Positions 18,801 through 25,245 of a stretch of 64,000 nt of DNA are shown here, one piece after another. Where the stretch lies: positions 26,725 to 90,724 of the forward strand of contig CAYPNF010000016.1 of the NCBI GenBank assembly GCA_964411985.1. Reading direction: 5' to 3'. The first letter of the stretch is position 1. Each line of letters opens with the position of its first letter. The translations under genes were made by a program, and so were the position numbers. This stretch comes from an uncultured Verrucomicrobiota bacterium (GTDB lineage Bacteria > Verrucomicrobiota > Verrucomicrobiia > Limisphaerales > J093). Below the pieces are notes generated by a model, which made no database searches, was not told the DNA's origin, and was given only the letters and a program-made list of their open reading frames with translations.

Positions 18801-20339
18801 CTGCGCGAAACCGTGTTCGATGTCGTGATCGAGGATTCTTGGGCCCCTTTGGCGGACGGCTTTGGTTTCTCGGTGGTGCTTGCGGATGAAACCACGCCTC
18901 CCGGCGCTTTGGGGGATCCGGCCCGATGGCGGGTAAGTACTCAGCTGGGTGGATCCCCGGGAGTCGTCGACCCGGCTCCCGCGAGCGTGCCCCGCGTGCT
19001 GATCAATGAAGTGGTGAGCAACCCGTCCAACGGAAAACAAGATGCAGTGGAGTTGTTCAATCCTGGCCCGTCGACCGCTGACATTTCTGGTTGGTGGCTC
19101 AGCGATGACCTTCGGACTCCGCGGAAGTACCGACTTCAGGCTGGAACGATTTTGCCTGCGGGCCAGTTTCTAGTCGTCCTCGGAACTGCCCTGAATTCGG
19201 GTGCCAATCCCTTTGGACTCAGTGCGCAGGGCGACGAAATCTACCTCTTCAGTGCGAATGTCACCGGCGCGCTCACCGGATGGGTACACGGATTCTCCTT
19301 CGGCCCCCAGGAAAGCGGCGCTAGTTTCGTGCGCTGGGTTACCAGCGACGGTTTGGAGCACTTCACCAGCTGCGTTGCACCCACGCTGGGTCTCGTCAAC
19401 GGCCAGCCTGCGCCCAGCCCGCTCGTCTTCAGCGAGATCCTCTACGCACCGCCCCTCGTGGATCCCTGGATGCCTTCGGTAGCCCAGTTTATCGAACTGA
19501 CGGACACAACTCGGGGGCTTGGCCGCCTGGCCCTTTACGAACCTGGCAATCCAACCAACACCTGGCACTTACGCGGCGATGTCGACTTCGATTTTCCCGC
19601 CGGGTTCGTGATGCCCGTGGGCGGGAGAGTCGTGCTTGTCGGCTTTGATCCCCTTCACGATGCCGATGCATTGACTCTGTTTCGAGCCTGGTATCGGCTG
19701 GATCCCGGGGTAGCTCTGCTCGGCCCTTGGCGAGGAACTCTGAAGCAGACCGGGTCCGAACTCCGTCTGTCCAAACCGCTTCCGGCGCCGTCCGATCCCC
19801 AAAAAGCCTCCCACATGGTCGTGACGCAACTGCGCTGGGCCACGAACGCTCCCTGGCCTGCTGACGTCTCAGGAACGGGCATGTCCATGGAGCCCTCCAG
19901 CCTGATGACCTTCCAGAATGAACCGGCGCTTTGGCAGAGCGCCGTGCCCACACCCGGGGATGCCGACACCGACCGCGACGGTCTCCCGAACCTATGGGAG
20001 GTGGCTAACGGCCTCAGTCCTCTATCGGCAACAGGCAACAACGGAGCGGATGGCGATGCGGACCAGGATGGCTTCTCCAACCTTCAGGAATTCCTGATGG
20101 CAACGTCTCCGGTCAGCAGTGAGAGTTTTCCCCGACTTCAGGTCTCCAACGGAACCTTGGTCCAAGTCTCCTTCCAGGGGGGACCCAACCGGCTTTACCA
20201 ATTGCTTGGGACCGATAGGATCACGAACAGCACCTGGCAGGTTCTCCAACGTTTCGCGACGCCCCCTGAAGGTGCCTGGCTTTGGCTCGACGAGCGTCCC
20301 ACGAACGCTGCCCGGTTTTATCGCCTCGAAGCTCCGTAA
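15849..20339 (+). CDS. Giant secreted CotH-domain (atypical kinase fold) protein with several lamin-tail (LTD) domains, chitobiase-C-like Ig domains and thrombospondin type-3 repeats
   Basis: CotH core: YALELWDEFGQDEDHSLLGLPEDSDWILYAPNIYEPVMIHNPF...YNGIYVLEEKIKIGKNRV...FHKPRNGKIVFGPHWDFDRAL. LTD-like segments: ITEFMVTNS...WIELFN, LTEVMFHP...YLELKN, INEVVSNP...AVELFN, FSEILYAP...FIELTD. TSP3-like segment: DTDRDGLPNLWE...DGDADQDGFSNLQEF. A TTG at 15846 precedes the ATG at 15849. Confidence 0.8.
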   Translation: MNRRWSDNGLLPSPIVALVILLLGFLPPVGLAALSEAGEPLPSLESVIPDPDSSLRELYAIEIEFSEPVQGVDASDLLISGSPATNVFQVELQRYLFSFPQPTDGLVTVSWAKEHGIADTSGVRAFAGDTWSYTLASLTPPTGVSITEFMVTNSLTLADEDGEHPAWIELFNASTTTANLKGWFLTGDRDQLTRWRFPNVSILPGDYLLVWASGKDRTNIFGPLHINFRPLASGGYLALVNSSTNIVSDFNPGYPPQAPDISYGRAPGAPHALGYFTQPTPGKGNSSRGAGFTSPVSFSRASCTFTQAFQLTLTTSDPKAQVRYTLDGKMPTTASALYTEPLDITATTQVRARAFRDGTLPGPPRTEAYLQLSAPVLPFRSDLPVVLLHTMGKGSPNASTLTPVRISVHEPFLGRSSLDHPATLSQSGGIKLRGSSTQGLSKSSYALELWDEFGQDEDHSLLGLPEDSDWILYAPNIYEPVMIHNPFVHQLSREMGRYSPRTRFVEVYLVRNGQVTTAAYNGIYVLEEKIKIGKNRVAIDRLQPEDLSQPAVTGGYLLKIDRLDPGDGGISAGGTTLAYVDPKEREAELPQRAPQLNYLRSYFNSFSAALNGSAWKDPTRGYAAYIDVDAWIDFHTLEVLSGNVDTLVLSTYFHKPRNGKIVFGPHWDFDRALGSTDGRDANARVWSTGPFFSATWWSRLFTDPDFWQRWVDRWQQLRQSTFSESHLYGLIDQLANEVRQAQPRETAKWRTALRGGSFQSEVNLMKKWVSNRVDFIDRQLTQPPQLSSTNGVIQPSYLISLTKPTNATVYFTLDGSDPRAPGGSVSSAARVYSNPFMVITNARVVARARDQAKKQSGGPPVSTFWSSPVAATYLLQPAKVILTEVMFHPAPPAAGTNTVDDFQYLELKNAGLEAVNLVGYSLTNCITFAFTTATPVRTLQPGERLLVVNDLAAFQSRYPSATGIAGEFVGNLNHGLNRITLLGPLRETVFDVVIEDSWAPLADGFGFSVVLADETTPPGALGDPARWRVSTQLGGSPGVVDPAPASVPRVLINEVVSNPSNGKQDAVELFNPGPSTADISGWWLSDDLRTPRKYRLQAGTILPAGQFLVVLGTALNSGANPFGLSAQGDEIYLFSANVTGALTGWVHGFSFGPQESGASFVRWVTSDGLEHFTSCVAPTLGLVNGQPAPSPLVFSEILYAPPLVDPWMPSVAQFIELTDTTRGLGRLALYEPGNPTNTWHLRGDVDFDFPAGFVMPVGGRVVLVGFDPLHDADALTLFRAWYRLDPGVALLGPWRGTLKQTGSELRLSKPLPAPSDPQKASHMVVTQLRWATNAPWPADVSGTGMSMEPSSLMTFQNEPALWQSAVPTPGDADTDRDGLPNLWEVANGLSPLSATGNNGADGDADQDGFSNLQEFLMATSPVSSESFPRLQVSNGTLVQVSFQGGPNRLYQLLGTDRITNSTWQVLQRFATPPEGAWLWLDERPTNAARFYRLEAP

Positions 20340-20352
20340 GGCTTCCCCAACC

Positions 20353-20874
20353 ATGAGCGCACCCATCACCCATTTCCACTTTTGCCCGCGTTGTGGCCAA
20401 CCCGTTCAAGGGGAGGCCTCGTCCAAGTCGCTGCAATGCGGCAACTGCAGTTTCCTCTACTTCTTCAACCCCACGATTTCAGCGGTTGGGTTGGTTTTCG
20501 ACACCGCCGGCAGGATTCTAGTCATCCGACGCGGGCGCGAGCCCAGCAGGGGCATGCTCGGCTTTCCGGGAGGGTTCATCGATGCCGGAGAGACTGCGGA
20601 AGCGGCCCTTGAACGCGAGGTGATAGAGGAAACCGGGCTGAGAATCGAAGCCATCCAATACTTGGGAGGTTTCCCGAACTTCTATCCGTATGCCGGCGTC
20701 ACTTACCCGGTGTTGGACCTTTTCTTTCGCGCAAGTTGTCCGGGAGGCACCGCTCGACCTCAAGCCGGGGAAATCGAGTCGATCAGCTGGATCCGACCTC
20801 AAGACCTTGATCCTGCCGCACTCGCGTTTCCTTCCCTGCAAAAGGCCTGGGCCCAATTCTGCCCGGAGCACTGA
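20353..20874 (+). CDS. NUDIX hydrolase with an N-terminal zinc ribbon
   Basis: CPRCG...CGNC zinc ribbon, then the Nudix box GFPGGFIDAGETAEAALEREVIEETGL. The ORF is open upstream to 20119, but that part overlaps the CotH gene. Confidence 0.8.
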   Translation: MSAPITHFHFCPRCGQPVQGEASSKSLQCGNCSFLYFFNPTISAVGLVFDTAGRILVIRRGREPSRGMLGFPGGFIDAGETAEAALEREVIEETGLRIEAIQYLGGFPNFYPYAGVTYPVLDLFFRASCPGGTARPQAGEIESISWIRPQDLDPAALAFPSLQKAWAQFCPEH

Positions 20875-20935
20875 GATGCAACGCCAGCACGGTCCCCGGC
20901 CGTTGCTTCTGAGGTCAAACATCATATTGTATTGT
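20686..20935 (+). repeat. Direct repeat copy 1 (NUDIX 3' end plus ~60 bp downstream)
   Basis: Aligns by eye over ~250 bp with 21762-22010 in the same orientation. It is near-identical in the coding part and more diverged after the stop codon. Confidence 0.85.
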
Positions 20936-20963
20936 AAGGGCGCAGGTGCCCACGCCTGGCCCA

Positions 20964-21365
20964 TCAGACCACCCAGGTGATCTTGATCTCCCTCTCCACC
21001 GCCTTGAACTCCGGGTCGCCGGTGACGAGTTCGGCTTTGTGCTTCTTTGCCAGTGCGGCGGTGAAGGCGTCCGCGAGGCTGAAGCTGACCCGGGATTTGA
21101 AGTGGGCCGCCAGGTCGGCCAATTCGCGGTCCACCGGATGGAATTCGATGGGCAGGGCGATGAGGATTTTGGCGGCTTTGGCCCAGGCGTCCACGCCGTC
21201 TTTGCGCAGGATCATGTACTTCGCCTCAGCATAGTTCACCTCCGTCATGTGGAGGTGCTTGTCCATCCGGCTGGCCTTCTGGAGGAGTTCCTTGACTGGC
21301 ACGCCCGCTGGTTCGCCTCGGAAGTAGGCGATCAGGGCGAAGCTATCGAGAACCGTGGCGGACAT
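20964..21365 (-). CDS. vapC: PIN-domain toxin (VapC-like)
   Basis: ATG at 21365 gives the 133-aa product MSATVLDSFALIAYFRGEP...SLADAFTAALAKKHKAELVTGDPEF, a PIN pattern. It overlaps the upstream antitoxin ORF by 23 nt. Confidence 0.75.
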   Translation of the reverse strand: MSATVLDSFALIAYFRGEPAGVPVKELLQKASRMDKHLHMTEVNYAEAKYMILRKDGVDAWAKAAKILIALPIEFHPVDRELADLAAHFKSRVSFSLADAFTAALAKKHKAELVTGDPEFKAVEREIKITWVV

Positions 21366-21633
21366 GCTTGGCTTCCTCCTTCTCGCGTTCTTCGCGTTTG
21401 TGCTCGGCCCATTCCTCGGCCAGCGGCTTGTCGCCGGGCTTGCGCTTGAGCAGCCCAAAGCCGCGCTCGATCGTGGCCGCCGTCACGGGCTTGAGCAGGA
21501 TGCCGTCGTCGGTGGCGGTGACGATGGCGCGGGTGCCATCCTCGATGTGGTAGAGCTTGCGGAGCCGGAGCGGGATTACCACCTGGCCTTTGGTGGTGAA
21601 CCAGACGGTATCGGCTTGTGTTGTCGTATTCAT
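21343..21633 (-). CDS. vapB: AbrB/SpoVT-MazE-fold antitoxin (VapB-like)
   Basis: 96 aa. TTKGQVVIPLRLRKLYHIEDGTRAIVTATDDGILLKPV is a swapped-hairpin AbrB-type DNA-binding motif. The tail is acidic/basic. Confidence 0.75.
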   Translation of the reverse strand: MNTTTQADTVWFTTKGQVVIPLRLRKLYHIEDGTRAIVTATDDGILLKPVTAATIERGFGLLKRKPGDKPLAEEWAEHKREEREKEEAKHVRHGSR

Positions 21634-21640
21634 AAAGCCC

Positions 21641-21668
21641 AGTATGACTTTGCTATGAAGTCCGTCAA
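21641..21668 (-). promoter_or_regulatory. Candidate sigma70-type promoter for vapB, possibly giving a leaderless mRNA
   Basis: On the minus strand: TTGACG (21668-21663), 16-nt spacer, CATACT (21646-21641), then 7 nt to the vapB ATG at 21633. The spacer contains the short inverted repeat GACTT...AAGTC, a possible operator. Pattern match only. Confidence 0.25.
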
Positions 21669-21758
21669 CAATCGTGTGGAAGGAGTGGTCTGCTAAGTTG
21701 GATTCCAGAAAATCTGCACGTCCGAGACCAACTCAAACCCGCGCACCGATCGCACCGG

Positions 21759-21947
21759 ATGCCGTATGCCGGCATCACCTACCCGGTGTTGGACCTTTTC
21801 TTTCGCGCAAGTTGTCCGGGAGGCACGGCACGGCTCCAGGCCGGGGAAATCGAGTCGATCCGCTGGATCCGACCTCAAGACCTTGATCCGGCCGCACTCG
21901 CGTTTCCTTCCCTGCAAAGGGCCTGGGCCCAATTCTCCCCGCAGTAG
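21759..21947 (+). pseudogene. Orphan 3' fragment of a NUDIX hydrolase gene (duplicate of 20689..20874)
   Basis: Translation MPYAGITYPVLDLFFRASCPGGTARLQAGEIESIRWIRPQDLDPAALAFPSLQRAWAQFSPQ differs from the C-terminus of the intact NUDIX protein by only a few substitutions. It lacks the zinc ribbon and Nudix box. Confidence 0.7.
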
Positions 21948-22010
21948 CGCAATGCAATCCCATCACGGTCCCCGGCCGCTATTGCTGAAATCAAACGATA
22001 TACTGTTACA
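21762..22010 (+). repeat. Direct repeat copy 2 (NUDIX 3' end plus downstream sequence)
   Basis: See copy 1. It ends ~27 bp before the ECF sigma gene. Confidence 0.85.
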
Positions 22011-22036
22011 CTTGATCCCGCCTGTGGCAATACACT

Positions 22037-22573
22037 GTGACGATGCTGAATGAGCAGGAACAAGAGCGCTTCATGAGGCTGTGGGCAGAGTCCCAGCAGG
22101 CCGTGGTGAATTACATTCACGCCACGGTCCGCGATGGCGGCGCCGCCAAGGACCTGACCCAGGAAACCGCCTTGGTGCTGTTCCGCCGGTTCGGCGAATA
22201 CGACGGTAACCGCCCATTTCTCGCCTGGGCGCTGGGCGTGGCCCAGTTCCAGGTGTTGGGTTTCCATCGGGATGCCTCCCGGAGCCTAATCTGCTTCGAT
22301 ACGGAGCTATTCGATCGGTTCACAGAGCTATGGGCCGAAACGGCCGCCGCCGCCAGCGAGCAGTCAGCCGCCTTGGAGGTTTGCCTGGAACGCCTGCCCG
22401 CCCGCCCGCGACAAATGGTGCGGCTGCGTTACTTCGAGGAACTGAACTCCGAGGAGATCGCCCAGCGCCTCGGCAGCAAGAGCGCCGCCGTGCGCGTGAC
22501 ACTGCAACGCATCCGCGAGCAACTCCGCGCCTGCGTCGAGCAACAGCTGCGAAAGGAAAGGCGGGCCACATGA
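22037..22573 (+). CDS. ECF-type RNA polymerase sigma factor (sigma-70 family, regions 2 and 4)
   Basis: Region 2: DLTQETALVLFRRFGEYDGNRPFLAWALGVAQFQVL. Region 4: LPARPRQMVRLRYFEELNSEEIAQRLGSKSAAVRVTLQRIREQL. The start is GTG 22037 or ATG 22043. Confidence 0.85.
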   Translation: MTMLNEQEQERFMRLWAESQQAVVNYIHATVRDGGAAKDLTQETALVLFRRFGEYDGNRPFLAWALGVAQFQVLGFHRDASRSLICFDTELFDRFTELWAETAAAASEQSAALEVCLERLPARPRQMVRLRYFEELNSEEIAQRLGSKSAAVRVTLQRIREQLRACVEQQLRKERRAT

Positions 22574-24219
22574 TCGAGCCGCACCCTTTGATTGCCGCCT
22601 ATTTGGACGACGCCCTGACCCAGACGGAACGCGATGAGTTGCTGGCCTGGCTGAAGGCGCACCCTGACCACCTACGCGCATTCGTCGAGGCCAACGTGTT
22701 TGAACAGCACCTCCGCAGCGCCGTGGTGGGCGAGCTTCAGCGCGAGTCAGTCGGCGCGTTCGTCCGGGCCGAGCCTCCGGCCCAGACCCACCAGGAACGC
22801 GGCGCAACTCACCATTGGTTGACGGGGTTCGTGCGGTTCTGGCCACGGTGGGCGATGGCCGGGGCCATCACGCTGTTGGCAATCCTGGTCACGGTCTCTT
22901 TCTGGATTCGAAAACCATCGGTGGCACCGTCATCCGGGTTCGCTCGTGTCATCCGGGCCTTGAGCGCCGAGGGCTCTGGACAGGCCGGCCGCATTCAGGC
23001 CGGTCAAACGCTAGAGACGGGACGCTTTTCCCTAGTCGCCGGCGCGGTGGAAATCGCTCTCACCAACGGGGTTACGATGGTGTTCGAAGGGCCTGGCGAC
23101 CTGGAGCTTCTAAATCCCATGCGCGCCCTGTTGCATGGAGGCCAGGCGGTAGTGCGCGTGCCCTCCAACGCGATCGGCTTTCAGTTGGAAACGCCGGGAG
23201 CCCAGGTCGTGGACCTGGGCACGGAATTCGCCGTTAAGGCCGGACCTGGCATGGGCACCGACGTGCAGGTCTACGAGGGTGTGGTGATCACCACGCCGAA
23301 GCCGGCGGCGGCGGCGGGAAGTTTTCCGCAGCGCCTCACCGCCGGCAACGCGGCCCGCTTCACCCCCGAAGCGAGCCGGGCCCCGCAGGCGCTCGCCTAT
23401 GCCCCGGAACGCTTCGTGCGTCGCCTCCCCGCTGACAAGCCCATCGAGCACGAGGAAAGCCTAGGCCCGATGTTCAATCCGACACGTCTCGAGGAAACCA
23501 TCATCTTGCCGCCGGAACGGCCAATCGTGGTGGATGGCGATTTGTCCGAGTGGAGCGGGGAAGGCTCGTTACGCGCCGAGCGCACCGGGCCTGATGCTGG
23601 GGGCCGGTTTGTCGAAGGCCGCATGCGTTACGACCGGCAGTTTCTCTACCTTGCCGCACACATCGGCGATCCTGCGCCGATGCGCAACCTCATCGACCCG
23701 GCGACGGATGGCGAGTCGGGCTGGCGCGGCGGCGGCTTGCAGGTTCGGCTGTCCACCGATCAGGCCCTGGGCTGGCCAGTGGATGCGAACGCCCCCAACT
23801 ACTATCAGTTTCGTCGAATTCAGCCGGACGCAGCCCGCCTGGCCAATGCCACCTGCGGCCAGCTCGCGCATCTCACCCTGTGGCATCATGCGCCAAGCGC
23901 GCAGAACTGCCTACATGTCGCCTACGGGATGGATTTCCACGGCAGTGTCGTGAATCCCCCTGGCTATCGGGCCGCTTTTCGCAAAGACGCCGATGGGCGA
24001 GGTTACACTCTAGAATACGCCATCCCGTGGACGCTGCTGAACGCACCGCGCGCGCCGCGGTCAGGCGACACACTGGCGATGACGTGGACGGCCCACTGGA
24101 GCGACGAAGGTGGGCGACTCTGGCGCAGTCAACTCGTGGAAGTTCGTAATGCCTCGGAGCCCGTGCGCATCCACACCTGGGAACGCGCCGCCACCTGGGG
24201 AAGGGCGGTGTTTAGGTGA
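22570..24219 (+). CDS. FecR-like transmembrane anti-sigma factor with a large C-terminal beta-sandwich (CBM9/DOMON-like) domain
   Basis: ATGA overlap with the sigma stop. N-terminal anti-sigma helix IAAYLDDALTQTERDELLAWLKAHPDHLRAF, one TM (AMAGAITLLAILVTVSFWI) and a FecR block GFQLETPGAQVVDLGTEFAVKAG..DVQVYEGVV. The C-terminal ~240 aa are homologous to the N-termini of the giant proteins at 32389 and 44490. Confidence 0.75.
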   Translation: MIEPHPLIAAYLDDALTQTERDELLAWLKAHPDHLRAFVEANVFEQHLRSAVVGELQRESVGAFVRAEPPAQTHQERGATHHWLTGFVRFWPRWAMAGAITLLAILVTVSFWIRKPSVAPSSGFARVIRALSAEGSGQAGRIQAGQTLETGRFSLVAGAVEIALTNGVTMVFEGPGDLELLNPMRALLHGGQAVVRVPSNAIGFQLETPGAQVVDLGTEFAVKAGPGMGTDVQVYEGVVITTPKPAAAAGSFPQRLTAGNAARFTPEASRAPQALAYAPERFVRRLPADKPIEHEESLGPMFNPTRLEETIILPPERPIVVDGDLSEWSGEGSLRAERTGPDAGGRFVEGRMRYDRQFLYLAAHIGDPAPMRNLIDPATDGESGWRGGGLQVRLSTDQALGWPVDANAPNYYQFRRIQPDAARLANATCGQLAHLTLWHHAPSAQNCLHVAYGMDFHGSVVNPPGYRAAFRKDADGRGYTLEYAIPWTLLNAPRAPRSGDTLAMTWTAHWSDEGGRLWRSQLVEVRNASEPVRIHTWERAATWGRAVFR

Positions 24220-25226
24220 ATGGGCACGCAACTCAGCGCAGCCCGAGTGTTTTTGAATTCATGCGCTCGTTACCAGCCCTGCTGGGTTGCTTGGCTCGGA
24301 TGGAAACCCATGCTGTTGCCGGAGCGGATGCAATGTTCGTGGGGCCAAACGTCTGCCTTGAATGCCACGGGCCAGCCCCGCGGGCCGGACAGGCCGCCAC
24401 AGCTGGGCCGGTCACTCAACCATCGCAGGGTGGACCACAGCTGCTGGAGAAGTGGCAAAGGAGCGCCCATGCGGCAACGCTCATAGATGCCCGGACTTCG
24501 CCTGAGAAAGTGGTTGCCCAATTCACCACCAACAGTCCGCTGCAGGGCAACCAGGTCGCCTATGCCATCGGCGCGGGACGCAGCGAGCAACGTTACTGCG
24601 ACGCTTCGTTCAGAGTGCTTCCCCATCGCTGGGATGTTCGTGGGAAGAAGTGGGCGGACGAGTCGGTGGTCGACGCCCGCAGCCAGTGTTTCGGCTGTCA
24701 TGTCACCGGCTATGATGTGACCACCCAGCAGTGGAGTTCGGAGGGCGTGACCTGCGAAGCCTGCCATGGATCGGGAAGCTTGCACGCCCAGAGTGGCGGC
24801 AAGACAAAGATGCTCGATCTCCGATCCCTTCCCCTCGAGCGCCAAGCGATGATTTGCGGCCAATGCCACTCCGATGGCAGGGATCCGGCCAAAGCTCACC
24901 CGTTCCCGGTCGGTTTCCGCCCTGGGGAAGACCTCCACAAGTCTTTTGTCCAGGCTGCGCAACCACGGCCCGGCCCGAAGTACGCTGAGTTGCTCCGCAG
25001 CAAGCACGCCCAGATGAGCGTCATTTGCACCGATTGTCACAACCCGCACGGACCCGTGCAGGGTGCCGCCCACCAACTGTTGAAGCCGGTGAATGAGCTA
25101 TGCACCGAATGCCACGTCGAGGTGAATATGGCCAAACACGCCCCCAAGGCGCCCGCCGACGCGACTTGCGCCACCTGCCACATGCCGGGCGGATCGCATC
25201 AGTTCAAGACACCCATCAAGAAATGA
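24216..25226 (+). CDS. Heptahaem c-type cytochrome (multihaem cytochrome c family)
   Basis: Seven CxxCH motifs: CLECH, CFGCH, CEACH, CGQCH, CTDCH, CTECH, CATCH. GTG 24216 overlaps the anti-sigma stop (GTGA). The alternative start ATG 24261 gives MRSLPALLGC..., with a possible lipobox LLGC. Confidence 0.85.
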   Translation: MNGHATQRSPSVFEFMRSLPALLGCLARMETHAVAGADAMFVGPNVCLECHGPAPRAGQAATAGPVTQPSQGGPQLLEKWQRSAHAATLIDARTSPEKVVAQFTTNSPLQGNQVAYAIGAGRSEQRYCDASFRVLPHRWDVRGKKWADESVVDARSQCFGCHVTGYDVTTQQWSSEGVTCEACHGSGSLHAQSGGKTKMLDLRSLPLERQAMICGQCHSDGRDPAKAHPFPVGFRPGEDLHKSFVQAAQPRPGPKYAELLRSKHAQMSVICTDCHNPHGPVQGAAHQLLKPVNELCTECHVEVNMAKHAPKAPADATCATCHMPGGSHQFKTPIKK

Positions 25227-25245
25227 AACCCGGAGGAATTCAGCA

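Noticed and set aside
20119-20352. In-frame upstream extension of the NUDIX ORF
   Set aside because: It overlaps the last 220 nt of the CotH gene. The canonical zinc-ribbon N-terminus begins at ATG 20353, right after the CotH stop.
20936-21761. Classical IS or transposon carrying the VapBC pair
   Set aside because: There is no transposase or integrase and no short terminal inverted repeats. The flanking repeat is 250 bp of host-gene sequence, so I report it as a recombination-type insertion instead.
22006-22043. Sigma70-like promoter (TTACAC-N19-TACACT) giving a leaderless ECF sigma mRNA
   Set aside because: The spacer length is non-canonical and the alternative -35 (TTGATC) gives a 13-nt spacer. 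The pattern is too weak to report.
22330-22569. In-frame upstream extension of the anti-sigma ORF (start at 22330)
   Set aside because: It lies wholly inside the sigma-factor gene in another frame and is Arg-rich. ATG 22570 gives the ATGA coupling and a canonical anti-sigma N-terminal helix.
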